Part shown: one piece after another, positions 25,415 through 37,824 of the stretch
Numbering within the stretch: position 1 is the first letter of the stretch
Layout of the letters: the number at the start of each line of letters is the position of its first letter
DNA from: Narcine bancroftii
Lineage: Eukaryota
Reading direction: 5' to 3'
Assembly: GCF_036971445.1 (NCBI RefSeq)
Contig: NC_091476.1
Location: 98,270,001-98,334,000 of the forward strand
Length of the DNA: 64,000 bases
Position numbers and translations under genes: made by a program
The notes under the pieces: generated by a model
What the model was told of the DNA's origin: nothing
The model's input: only the letters and a program-made list of their open reading frames with translations
Database searches by the model: none

Positions 25415-25850
25415 ATGAAGATGAGTTTATTGTCATACACATTGTACAATGTACATATCTGCCAAAATACTTACCTGCTGCAGACGAACAGGTACTTTAA
25501 AGAAAATAATAAATAAATAGAAAATAGTAAACTCATCAAAGTAAATTAAAAGAGACAATAAATACTTAAGAGAGACATTCTTTAAATATTCACAGTAATC
25601 CTAGTGCAAAGAAGTAGCTTGGAATGGTGCTTTTGCGATGTCTGAGCAGTCAACGATCAGTGAATCAAAGGGAGGTTCAAGAGTCCGCTAGCTTTGGAAA
25701 GAATCTGCCCTCGAGCCTGGAGGTGCTGGTTTTCAGACTCCTGAAGGCTGTGGTAAGAAGAGGTTGTGATCAGGAAGGGGGAGGTCCTTAATGATGTTGG
25801 TTGCCTTCTTGAGGAGCTTTTGATAAACTACGTTTACTGCCTTCTGCAGA
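25415..25850 (-). mobile_element. Rex1/Babar LINE 3' fragment
   Basis: 3' tail (GAGTTTATTGTCATAC on +) and decayed C-terminal coding. The same tail appears in opposite orientation at about 28400-28500. Confidence 0.55.
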
Positions 25851-26479
25851 TTCTGATACTTGGGCACTGAAATACAATTTAATAATGGCACAACATATCA
25901 GTTGGTACAGAAATCTTGAAAGGTGCAGGAAGGGAGAAAGGAAACAGGACAGACAAAACAAAGACAGCAAATTCAATATTAAGAAAGGACAGGATAAATT
26001 CAATAACTATACTCATATTTATCAACATTTCAGTCATTCATTCAATGATTGATTTGATTGGCCTGGACGTTTGCTTTAAAAATGTTCTTTTTTACTATTC
26101 TATTGATAATTTTGGAATTCCTGCCACTTCTGACGAATATTGCTAGGTCTTTCTCTTGTTAGTCTGTTCTATGTCTAGGAGTTCTGCACATCATGGATTC
26201 TGAATGAGATGATCTGATGATCTCCTTAGCTGTTTATGTAATTTATTTTAACTGGCTACACGTTATGAATTTGTTTGGCTCGTCTGCCAATCATCCCCAG
26301 TGTTAAGCATGAAACAAAATGAATTCTGCTCAAGAACAAGGATACTTTATCCTTAAGGACTAGATGAAAATTCAAAGCATCCAGGTTCCAAAACTCAGTG
26401 GAATATTAAAACATGAAAGGCAACTGCCATCCTCTTTATTTATTACCAGCAGGATACCCAGCATTGCCCAAGAAATAAA

Positions 26480-27337
26480 ACACTCAGTTGTTGACTGACA
26501 TGGAGCCAACTACAACTGCATTAATGGAAGAATGCTCAGTGTCAACTGAATAATTGAATGCAACATTTTGCAGGTTGGCTATAGTAAATGGTGCTACCCT
26601 TTGGCTGGTGGCCTTTGTTTGCATTGCTTAGAGTCTTGTTTGTTCTTCCTCAGCAGACTCTTGTTGTCTGCTCATGGAATACCTGGCGGCATCTGTACTG
26701 AGGCGGGCTTGGTGGTGTTCCTCAGTTTCCTCCTGCCTGCTCCTTGTTTCTCTGGAGGCCTGAGCACTGAGATGGGCATATCACTGTTGTTCTGTATCCT
26801 GTTGCCTGCTCCTTGTATGTCTGGAAGCACCAACAGTGAGGCGAGACTGATGTTCCTCTGCTGTCTCTTGCTTTCTCTTTTGTCTGACTCTACGGGCTTG
26901 TGAAGAGCTTCTGCCAATGTGGCATCGCATATTGTACTGGATTTGGCCACTTGCTTTTTATTCTGAATGTACTTTGATGCATAGCACTGTAACTAATTGA
27001 GGAGTCCCTGGTGCAAGCTTTTTTTTTAACTTTATATAACCTTGAAGGTTAAATTCAATGTGGTCATGACATTCAGCATCAAATGTTACCACAATTATAG
27101 TAAAAAATATAATAAGCAGTAATGCAAGTCAGTGCAAGCTGGTCAATAAACACTTTTGAACATATGACCTTAAAGGTTAAATTCAATGTGGTCATGACAT
27201 TCAGCATCAAATGTAACCCCTACTGAATCTCCTTGGACATTTTTAGAGGGCTCCATATTGATTTGCACGGAGAACAGACAAACAGACAAACAAACAGACA
27301 TACATGCACAAATAAATATTAGATATAGCAATATAGA
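26480..27337 (-). mobile_element. Helitron remnant: 5' end plus decayed RepHel N-terminus with four 23-aa STPR-like repeats
   Basis: Minus strand begins TC(TA) followed by a TGTCTGTTTG microsatellite. The frame from 26867 reads ETAEEHQSRL / DTEQQ*YAHL / ETEEHHQARL / ESAEEEQTRL at exact 69-nt spacing, then AFNYSVD...VVVGSMS as in Helitron N-termini. Two in-frame stops; the 3' end was not located. Confidence 0.7.
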
Positions 27338-29202
27338 CGCTGAAATAGGAAACCGAAAGGTTGCTTTCTGTTTGCAATTTGCTAGGTACTATTCAGTAAT
27401 TTATTGCAATTTTTGAACAAATGGAGAAAATTAGCTTGGGCCCTTACACAACAATATCTTGAAAATTCATGAAGCATTAGTCCTTGAAGGCACCACAATG
27501 TTCTCTCCAAATTAGCCCCACCTCATCTTCCTGATACGTATGAAATATTTTAAGAATAAAGCGTTTGTTTTGTGCATGAGAAAACTGAATAATTTCATGT
27601 GTCACTATGCTGCCGGATCTGTCTTTGATTTTCCTAGTGATTGTGGGCCTGCATATTTTAAATTAGTATTGTACATAATTTTCCATAAAGAAAATTTCTG
27701 CAGGAGAACATTTTGAAAGCAAACAGAAATCCAGCAAAATTGTCTCCGGGTAACAGAAAGACAAAGAGTGTAACTCATTATAGTTTATTTATCAAGTAAT
27801 TAGGGTTTTATTAAACCTTCTTCCATATACAATGGCAATCTATCTTGTGAAATGACAATATAATTGAGTTTGTTCTAAGGCATTCTACATGCTAATAACT
27901 TTTCTACATGCTAATAACTTTTCTAATCAAGGTTAGATTTGAGCTCTTTTATTGAAGAATACTCAACATTTTGCATTCTCTACATTAATAACTGCAATTA
28001 AAAAAAATCTAAAATATCTAAGGTGCTGTTTTACTTGAGATTTGGAGTAATAATCTGTGCCCTCTGTTCGAGATCCGCAAAGCAACTGAATGGTTTATGC
28101 GACCATGTATCCATGCTTTTCACCATTTAAAAATGACTTATTATCTATATAGTTTTCTTACAAGTAAAAATAAACATTTAATTTTGTAGGATATACAGTA
28201 CCTTTGCTTTAGGTGTTTCCTTTATTTCAAATGGTCATTGGGATCTTGAGTCGCCCTTTATTAGACTCATAAACTCTTCACAAAAATCTGTCTGCAGAAT
28301 AGAAAATTCACTTTTCTCTTGCACTGCAATTGTGAATATTTATTATCCATCCTTTAGATTTCTGTACTGAGTAACTTAAGGCATACTATTGGAGTTGTTG
28401 TTTTTTACAGATGTACTTGTTTGGCTGTACCAAGTAAGAATTTCAGTGCATATGTACATTGTACTTATATGTATGACAATAAACTCACTATCATTATCAT
28501 TTCATACAGCAGACATATTTCTGATGCAAAACAAAACCCAAATTGCTGGAGGAGTTCAGTGAGTTGAACGGCATCTGTGGGGGTAGGAATAGTTGAGGTT
28601 TGTATTGGGACCTTGTTTCCAGATACTGGATCTTGCACCTTGATGTGAAATAGCAACGATTCCTTTCCCTGACACAAGGCCTTTGACAAGGTCCTGCATG
28701 GTAGGCAGGTCCAGCAGGTCAAATTGAATGGGATCCAGGGTGATCTAGCCAATTAGATATGAGTTGATGGTATGAGAAAGAGGGTGATAGTGGAGGTTTG
28801 TTATTCAGAATGGAGGCTTCTGATCAGTGGTGTGCTGCAAGGGTTGATGCTGGCTCAACTGTTATTAGTCATCTACATGAATGAGTTAGATGACAATATA
28901 ATTAGAATTGTTAGTAAGGTTAGAGATGACAATAATATTAGTGGTATAGTGGATGGTGAAAAAGGTTATCTACAATTATAACAGATGAATAGGCAAAGAT
29001 GGCCAAGGAATGGCAGATAGAATTTAACTCAGACCAATCTGAGGTGTTCTACTTTGGTGAGTTGTAGTAGGACAGGATGTGCACAGTGAAAGGACTAGTA
29101 AGTTTAAGGATTGACATAGGTGGGAATTTTCTCCTTGGAAAATAGGAGGTTAATGGGGGACTTTATGGAGATTTATAAAATCATGAGGAGTACAGATAAG
29201 GT

Positions 29203-32200
29203 TGCAGCAAGGATACTATGGTTATAACTCGAGGTATAATAGCGTTACAGTTTGAGGTTGAAGAAAGACTCTCACATGAAGGAAGTGTAATCAACACTGA
29301 CTCTATTGGACTGAAGCTGCCTTTTATAGGCAGATGGTCATGTCACCACCTGGACGTGGCTTGAGTGGGGTTGGCTGCCAATTGGATTTCCTAGATGTAC
29401 GGGCCAGGATTGGACCCCCTGCGACCTGCTGGTGGTGATTGGTCGATTCGACTGCTATTTCTGCGGCCTTTGAGAGTGGACATCTCATCCTGCAATCTGT
29501 TTGCTCGATCGCCATGTTCGATAGCTATTTCCTGTGTCGGCCAATGGAGTGGGTTGTGGGCTGCTACACAACCCCCCCTTCCCTAGGCCCAGCGATCATG
29601 ACACTGTTATTTGACAGCCAACCCCTGCGCTGTGGGGGTCAGGTGAGTGACAGGCTGGTTAAAGTCCAAGTGGGCTGGTTTCAGCCTGTTGAGCGTAAAG
29701 GTCTCCTCCCTGCCGCCAATGTTTAACACGCAGGTGGAGCCATTGTGTTTGAGGACACAGTGTGGCCCTTCATAAGGCCGCTGGAGAGGTCAGACGAATA
29801 CATAGTGACAGTTCACAAAGTTCTTTGGGACAAAGGTGCTGGCTTGTCCATGGGCTCTGGGCTTAAATGGGGCAAGTGAGCCCAGGTCCTTCTGCAATCA
29901 AGACAATGTGGTCGCCAGGAGCTCCCCTAGTCCTTGGAAGTTGCCATGGATTTGCCCAGGATGACTAGGGGCACGTCATAGACCAACTTGGCAGAGGATG
30001 CCTCAAAATCCTCCTTTGGGGTGGTACGGATGCCTAGCAGGACCCAAGGGAGTTTGTTGGCCCAGTTTAATCTGGTGAGTTGGGCCATCAGAGCTGTCTT
30101 CAGGTACCTGTGGAACCTCTCCACCAACCCATTGGCCTGCGGGTGGTATGCTGTGGTGTGGTGAAGTTGGGTCCTCAGAGCATTTGCTAAGGCAGTCCTC
30201 AGGCTGGAAGTGAATTGTACCCTATCAGATGTTAAGTGTTTGGGGAACCCAAAATGTGCCACTCAGGTGTTCAGTAATGCCCGTTCACATGTCTCCGTAG
30301 AGATTTCAGGTAGCGGCATTGCCTCTGGCCATCTAGTCATCCGGTCAACCATGGTCAATAGATAATGTGCAGCTCTGGATATAGGTAGGGCCCCACAATG
30401 TCTATGTGCACGTGGCTGAAACAGCAGCTGCTGGTTCGAAGGGCTGTGGAGGGGTTTTAATGTGGGTCTGGACCTTGGATGCCTGACACTGAGTACGTTT
30501 TGGCCCATTGGGTGTCTTTGGTAGACATACCAGTTGGCCACCATTTTAACTGTAGTCCTGATAGTGGGGTGAGCCAAATTGTAGACTGAATTGAAAACTC
30601 ACTTTCTCCATGTGGCCGGAATAATGGGGTACGGTTTACCAATTGTGGTCTCGCAGAGCAGCGTGCAGTTACCGGGGGTGATCTGGATGTCCTTTAGTTG
30701 CAGGCCAGTAAGTGCTGTCCAGTTTGCTGGTATGTGCATCAGCCAGGACTGCATAGTTGATACCTCGGGCAAGGTCGTGTAGCTGGACAGGTAGAGCATT
30801 GGCTATCACATTGGACTTGCCAGTGATATGTTCAATGTCTGTCAAAAATTCAGATATGTTGGACAGGTGCTGCTGTTGCCTGGCTGACTATGGATCTGAC
30901 AACTTGCTGAAAGCAAAGGTAAATGGTTTGTGGTCTGTGTAAATTTTGAACATCCTGCCTTCCAGGAAGTAATGGAAGTGCCAAATTGCCAGGTACAAGG
31001 CTAACAGCTCCTTATCAAAGGCACTGTACTTGAGCTCTGGTGACCTGAGATGTCCATTAACCAGTTGCACAAGTACAACTCTGACCCCTGTGCTGGAGGC
31101 ATCTACCGTGAGGGCAGTTGGGGCATCTTGTCTTCAGGTACACAAGGAGGGTGGCTTTGGCCAGGGCAACTTTGGTTACTTGGAAAGCCTCAGTCACCTG
31201 CTGTGTCCATTAAATGTCTTTACTGGGTCCTACTATGAGGAGAAATAATGGACTCATGATGTAGGGCTTCTGCAGGTATGAAGTAATGATAAAAATTGAG
31301 TATGCTTGCAAACTCTTGCAGGCCCTTCACAGTCAATGGTCTAGAGAAAAAAAAAAGAATACCATCCACTTTGGTGGGTAAGGGCCTTGCGCCAGGTTGG
31401 TCAACACAATGGCCCAGGAAATCAATTGTCTATCGGCCAAACTGGCACTTGGCAGGATTGATGGTTAAACTGAACTCACTTAGCCAGGAGAACAATAGTC
31501 TTAAGTGAGCAGTGTATTCGGTGCAGGTGTGGGTGGCTATTAAAATGTCATCAAGGTACACGAAGGTGAAGTGCAGATCCCGGCCCACTGCATCCATCAA
31601 CCTTCGGAAAGTCTGAGCTGCATTTTTCATCCTGAACAGTATGCAGATAAATTCAAACAATCCAAAGTGGGTTATGATGGCAGTTTTGGGAATGTCATTG
31701 GGATGGACTGGGATCTGATGATAACCCTTGATGAGGTCCACCTTAGAGAATATCCATACCCCTTGTAGATAGGCGGTGAAGTCCTGGATATGGGGCATGA
31801 GATACCTGTCAGGCATGGTGGCTCACTTAGGCTGCAATAATCTCTGCACGGCCACCAACCTCCAGCTGCCTTAGGTAACATATGGAGGGGGGAGGCCCAT
31901 GGGCTATCAGAGCGCTGCACAATGCCGAGTTCCTCCATCATTTGAAACTTCTCTCTAGCCAGGTTGAGTTTCTTGGGGGGAGACACTGTGCCCTGGCATG
32001 GAGGGGAGGGCCCTCTGTAATAATTTGGTGTCTCACCACATGTTTGGGTTCCACGAAGTTGAAATGAAGTATAGTGATGGAGGGTGTAATGGAAGATTCT
32101 AACCTATTTTTTAACTTGTTTTTTTTCTTAATTTCCAGCTCTTGGTTCTGCAGAGCTGAGAACCTTTTTTTTAAAAAACTTGCAGCTTTGGGTTCTGCAA

Positions 32201-34317
32201 GGCTGAGAACCTAATTGTTTTTAGAATCAGCAGACATAAGCTAAATTCCACCGAGGGGCCAGAGATGCTGTTATCTGAAGAAAGGACATCTGTGTACCGA
32301 GAACATTTAATCTTCCTGCTTGTTTTGGTCACAGACTGTCAGAGGCCTAGCCTTGATGTAGAATAAACCATTGTATTAAAATTGATAAGCTGAAAATTAT
32401 GTTATTCGTTAGAAGCCTAGCATGCTAGCTTGCTTGCTTATCTTTCTTGCTGTGCTGGGAATAGGTGCTTGGGTAAGCAGTTTTTGGGTAATATAAGCCA
32501 TGGTCCCACTGCTGAAGTTTGAGACTCTCCGAGAGGTGGCAACATCTCTCAGCAAGAAGAAGAAGAACTTCTGGAGTCCAGCCAACGACCCGGTCGGGGG
32601 AGGTGGAGAAACTGCTACCGGCGCCCTGACAACCTACTACAAGGGTGCAGTCGTTGCCTCGCTTCGGCAGTTGGGACCAGTCCAAGCGTTGGGAAGGGCT
32701 TGCATATTGTAGTGTGAAATCAGCTTTTGAATTTGTAATAAACATTTGTATAAACTGAACTGCTCTCAGTGTGTGTGTGTCTATTTTCTTTCGGTAGCTC
32801 GAACACTGTGACCAATCTAAAACGAACAAAGTGAGAGGTACAAGTTTACCCAAGACAGAGGGGAATTCTGCTAAGACTTGAGTGAATTCATTGTCAGCAA
32901 ATACTAACTCAGTGCAGATGGGGGTTAGTAAGTTTGATGCCCTTGAGTGAGAGTGTCTGAAATGTCCAGGCATGTACTAGCCGACACCCCTTTCTGTCCA
33001 CCAGTAGCAAGTTGGTTTCCAGGAAATCAACACCCAGTAATGGTTGTTATACAGCCACCACCATAAACTTCCAAGTGAATTGCCTGTCCTCAAAGTGGAG
33101 GGGAATTGTACAGATGCCAAATGTCCGAATGTTGGAGCCATTTGCTGTTTGAAGCTCTTGGCCCACCTGGCTGCTGTGAGCCTCTAGGCTGGATGAGGGG
33201 AGGACGCTGTACTCTGCCCCAGTGTCCACCAAGAAACAGGGAGTCTTACATGTGGAGGAGGCTATGCAGTTGGCTGGTTGTCGCAGTCATCAATGACAGA
33301 TGGCCTTGGCGTTTCCCTGGAATGTGCAGGAGGAGTAGCATTGATGGGCCTCAGAACCCCATTGTTGATGATAGAAACAGTACTGCTCACCAGTTGGGTT
33401 CGTTGTTTGGGTAGTCGGTCAGTCAGTCAGTCGGTCGGTAGACTTCCTGGCTGCGCGTTGCTGACAAGTTGCCATCACCTGTTCGAGCATAGTGCAGGGT
33501 GTCCCTCTTCACCGCCCATAGCATGTCTGCCCAGGCAGCCACCTTACTGAGGTCATCAGTCTTCCTCCACAATGGCAGCCTCTCCAGGAAGATCTGGTGG
33601 AACAGCGGGCAAGAGGTGTGGCCCTCATTGAGGGCAGAAGGGGCTGTCCCTCAAATCATCAATGTGCAGCAGTCTGGCTGCACGCTTGCACTTCGAGAGC
33701 CTGAAAGTGCGGGTTAATAACTCCTTGATGGTCACGTACTTCCATTGCTCCAGGGGTTGCTGGAGGAAGTCAATGATGCAGGCTGCAGTGTCTTGATTGA
33801 GGGTGCTGACCATGTGGCAGTAGCATGCATCACCAACAGAGATCCAGCAAACCTCAGCCTGTTGGAACCACACCGTGGTTGTGACGTACAGAAGCCCAGC
33901 AGCTTCAATGCTACGACATTGATTGTAGGTTGTTCCTCCATCGTCGGGTCCAAAGCATAATTTGGACCAATCAGGGTCACCACTGTAGCAGGTTCACTAC
34001 GGTTATTGCTTGAGGTTGAAGAAAGAAAGCTCTCACACGAAGGGAGTGTAATTGACACTGAGTTTATTGGGCTGCAGCTCTGTCTTTTATAGGCAGCCAG
34101 CCGCGTCAACACTGGGGCATGGCTTGAGCGAGGCTGGCTGTCCATTAGCTGACCCAGATTGGACCCCCTGCGATCTGCTGGCAGCGACTGGTAGATTCAA
34201 CTGCTATTCCTACGGCTTATAGGAGAAGGGGTCTCATCCCGCGTGCTGTTTGCTCGATCACGTTGTTTGACGGCTATTTCCTGTGTCAGCCCATGGAGCA
34301 GGTCGTGGGCCGCTACA
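29203..34317 (-). mobile_element. Degenerate full-length Gypsy/Ty3 LTR retrotransposon (gag-PR-RT-RH-IN)
   Basis: 5' LTR 33984-34317 and 3' LTR 29203-29568 (TG..CA). PBS TGGTGACCCTGA (tRNA-Trp type) at about 33971-33982; PPT at 29569-29584. Motifs: protease LVDTGAEYSVLP, RT FVYLDDILIA, RNase H YSAFDKELLA, integrase YHPQANGLVERFHR. Flanks AGGT/AAGT; many stops and frameshifts. Confidence 0.95.
32085..32857 (+). mobile_element. Solo LTR (family B, 773 bp) nested in Gypsy pol
   Basis: TGT...ACA termini and perfect 5-bp TSD GAGGG (32080-32084 and 32858-32862). Removing it restores the pol frame AEFPSIT. TATAA at 32492, AATAAA at 32737. Confidence 0.92.
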
Positions 34318-34534
34318 AAGTTCAGAACGTAGTCATAGCCTTTTTCCCAGGGTAGAGAAAGTTATAATGAGAGGACTTGCTTTTAAACTGACAAGGGAAA
34401 GAATTTAAAGGAATCTGATGGGCATCTTTGCACACAGAGGGTGGTTGGTTAACTGGAATGAGATGCCAGGCAGAGTGGAAGAAGCAAGGATAATTGAGAC
34501 ATTCAAAAGATATTTAGACAGGTCCATGGATAGG

Positions 34535-37240
34535 CAGGGCCGGATTAAGCAAGTGCGAGGCCTGCATCATATTTTATAATGCCCCACCCCCGATCTAAAT
34601 TTTAAAAAATACATATAAATATTAAAATATCTAGTCATTTAAAAGAGAGAAAAAAAGGCACCAAATGCCAAGGGAAGCTAAATTCAGAGATGAACTTGAA
34701 GTAATAAAACATTGCAAAAGCAGCCAGCAGCCTCATGCATTTTATGAATGGATACAAACTTACATGGGTGTCAGTGACGTCCTTCAGGCCTGGTTTTCTG
34801 GTGACTCAGAGGAAGTCTGCCGTGTTATATTTTAAACACGGGACGGCAGCGAAACCAACCACATACTTTTGTTTTTGGAATGGCAGAGTGAGGGGGTGTG
34901 CGTTCGCTTGAATTTCATCAGGCAGCAGGCGGATAAATTGTTTTCCTTTGGGGATTGAGTAACTTTCAGTTTTTGCAACTTCAGCCTTTGTGCAATTGAT
35001 TGTGCATCATTGCACATGATTTCGCTTGTGTTCTCTTCAAGTTTGTTTTTAATAATCTTCACACTCAGTCAGATCCTTGGCTTTTTGCTCAATGTGTGAA
35101 AATGTAGACCGCATAGCTTGAATATATCCATGCAAGGATTCATAAAGTGCAGTAGCTGTATTCAATTCTTGGCCAGGAGGTTGCAAAGAACCACTGGTTA
35201 TTTGAAAATGCTATAATATTTGATCCCTCAATATGACCATTATTCCTGTTTTTAACTTCGTCATGGTTGAAAGTAATCCATGAGCTTGTTGTCAACACTC
35301 TGCCTTCTAATCATTGTTTTTTTTTTAAATCATCCAAGACTTGTTTTATTGCAGAAAAGCTTTGTAAAAGTGCTTTTGTTGCATCTGCATGAGCTGACCA
35401 TCTGGTATCTGACATTCTTTTCACAGTGAGCAAATGAGCACCACCATCAGATAATGCAGCTGAAAGGAGATCCCATCAATAGGTAGAAGCAGAAAGAAAA
35501 TTAATGCTTCTTGACAACATTCAACAGTACATTTTCCAACCAAACTTAGTGAATGTGCAAAACATGGAGTGTAACCCACAAACTCATTCAGCTCTTTAAT
35601 TCGTGCTTGTAAGCCACTCATGTTGCTGGTATTTTCGTAACTTTGACCATGGGAGTCTTTTATATCAATGCTATTTTCCTTTAAAAAGTCAAGTAAACTT
35701 TGAGCAAGCTGTTCAGCACTATGAGCTTCCATATTCAAAAACTTCACAAATCTTTCAACTGGTCCACATGGCAAAACATAGTGCACAGTCAAAGTCAGCT
35801 GATCCACAATAGATATACCTGGAGTAGAATCCAATGAAACAGAATGATACTTCACAGATAATGTGATCCAGTATGCTGAATCAGATTGATGAATTCCTCA
35901 CTTGTTATTTTACATAAGTATGATTTATGTCCCCTTCCTTTGTTTGACAAAAGGTCAAACTTGGCAAGTAATTCTAACAACCCCAAGTAATTTCCATTAT
36001 GAGGAGAGCCAAGTTTCATCACTACCATGAAACGAAAGGCCTTGTTCTGCTAAAAACTTTACAACTTTAATTAATCTCTTAAGAATTGTGAGCCAATACT
36101 TTTGTTCAGTCTCCATTTCTTTAACAAGTTGGGAATTGACACGTAAACCTTTGATTTTGTGCATCAACAGTCACATTAAAGCCTGTCTATGTGAGGAACT
36201 TTCTTCACGTTGACCTAATAGATTGCTGGCATTTTTCCAGTCATTAAATCCCTCTTTAGTAGACTTTGATGAACATCCTGAAGTCATAACCTTGCATTAG
36301 AAACAGAATAGACTTCCTTGGCTTTCTGAACAGCATAACCAATTTCTTGCATGTTACTTGCTTGTAGGTTTATGGACAGGTATGAAATAAAATTCTGACA
36401 TTGCTGAGGCTTCTTTTCATTGTCATACAATTGTGTAGATGAAAAGAAGTCATTATTAGCATGTTGACGTTCATCACTTCCCTTGGCTATCCAATATTCA
36501 TGATCACAATCATCTTGACAATTCACCAATACCATTAGAGTAGGTGTCCTTTTCACTTATTCTTCTTTCACATCCAATGGATGCTGGCTTTTGCCCTAAT
36601 GCCTTCTGCTGCATTGGCCCTAGTTGTTCCTATATTTCCAGCTTCACCCATTATAGCACCGTCGCTATGAACATCAAAATATTCTGTCAACTTACATGTT
36701 TTTGATATCAAAAGTTGGTCTCTTCTTTTTCTTCCTTTGCTTGATGTTTTGCACTTCCAGAAGGATAATGATGTCCAATATCTTTGGTTCAACGGCTCAT
36801 TGCTATTTGCAGCATGCAGCTCCCCCTGATGTAAACAAAACCAACCAGGCGACTGAGGGCCTGAGGATTATTTTTTTTTATTCAGCTAAGGCACGTTTCC
36901 CTTCCCGTTTTCATCTTTGTGCAGAGGCTGTGAGATACCACACTCACATAGTCTGTATTAATAACCCCGATTAAAGGTGATAATTGGCTAAAATTGCTAA
37001 CATTTTAACCAATTGTCACTTTTAATCAGGTTTATTAACACAGACTATGGGAGTGTGGTATCTTATCGCTGCTTCACAAAGATGAAAATGAAAATACTTA
37101 AATTAAACGCCCAGTCAATCATTCACAATTCATAGTACATAAAGTAATAGAGCAAGTCAGCAAGCATTTAGAGTGGGGCCCTTGGAAAATGCGGGGCCTA
37201 TAGCATATGCTACTTTTGCTACTATGTTAATCCGGCACTG
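34535..37240 (-). mobile_element. hAT DNA transposon (Tip100-like) with decayed transposase
   Basis: Terminal inverted repeats CAGGGCCGGATTAA / TTAATCCGGCACTG and perfect 8-bp TSD TGGATAGG (34527-34534 and 37241-37248). Transposase fragments YHSVSLDSTPGISIVDQLT...PVERF and CFAHSLSLV on the - strand. Confidence 0.95.
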
Positions 37241-37824
37241 TGGATAGGAGAGGGATATGGGTCAAATGGAGGGTCAAGGGACTAGCTTGGTCGGCATAAA
37301 CAAGTTAGTTTGAAAGCCTGTTTTGGTGCTACAGAATTCTTAAGATTTTATGAGATGCAGCTCAAACCATTGAGTTCCTCCAGCAGATTGTGTTTTCGCA
37401 TCAGATTCCAGCATATATATTCCAGTCTCTTATCTCTCCTTGTTTCTGATACAATTATGTGACTTATCTTTAAATGTTGTATTTTACAATACAGCCACAA
37501 ATGTGGTTTAAGCCATGCACATTTCAATATGTGGTGAAATCCATGTGATTGATCTCTGTTAGAAAATTCTTGAAAATATTCATCAGGTTAAATAAACATC
37601 AGGGGACAAGAAAGAGTCAGAATTTCATTTTCATGGTAATCATTTGAAAATTGTAAAAGGGAGAAATTTGCATTAGATTTTAAGCTTGCAGAGAGGCAGA
37701 AAAAGTGTAAATGAAAAAAGAGATGATCTATAACAAAGCAGAAGGCTAGAGAAATTAAATGACAACATTTAAGACTTAGACATTGTCTCAGTGAATTTCC
37801 TCAAATATCAATGGCAATTAAAAG

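Larger units (their letters stand above)
28670..37350 (+). mobile_element. CR1 LINE split into three pieces (about 28670-29202, 34318-34534, 37241-37350) by Gypsy and hAT insertions
   Basis: KAFDKV.H, SGVLQG and DDN RT motifs at 28675-28950. CR1 3' sequence resumes collinearly after each insertion. Confidence 0.8.

Noticed and set aside
26672-26950. 92-aa (-) and 111-aa (+) ORFs as novel genes
   Set aside because: They are alternative frames of the Helitron repeat region; the meaningful frame is the stop-containing one.
32425-32973. 182-aa (-) ORF and 70-aa (+) ORF with Kozak-like GCCATGG
   Set aside because: The first is chimeric read-through from Gypsy pol into the solo LTR. The second ATG is only a few nt after the TATA box, so it is likely upstream of the TSS.
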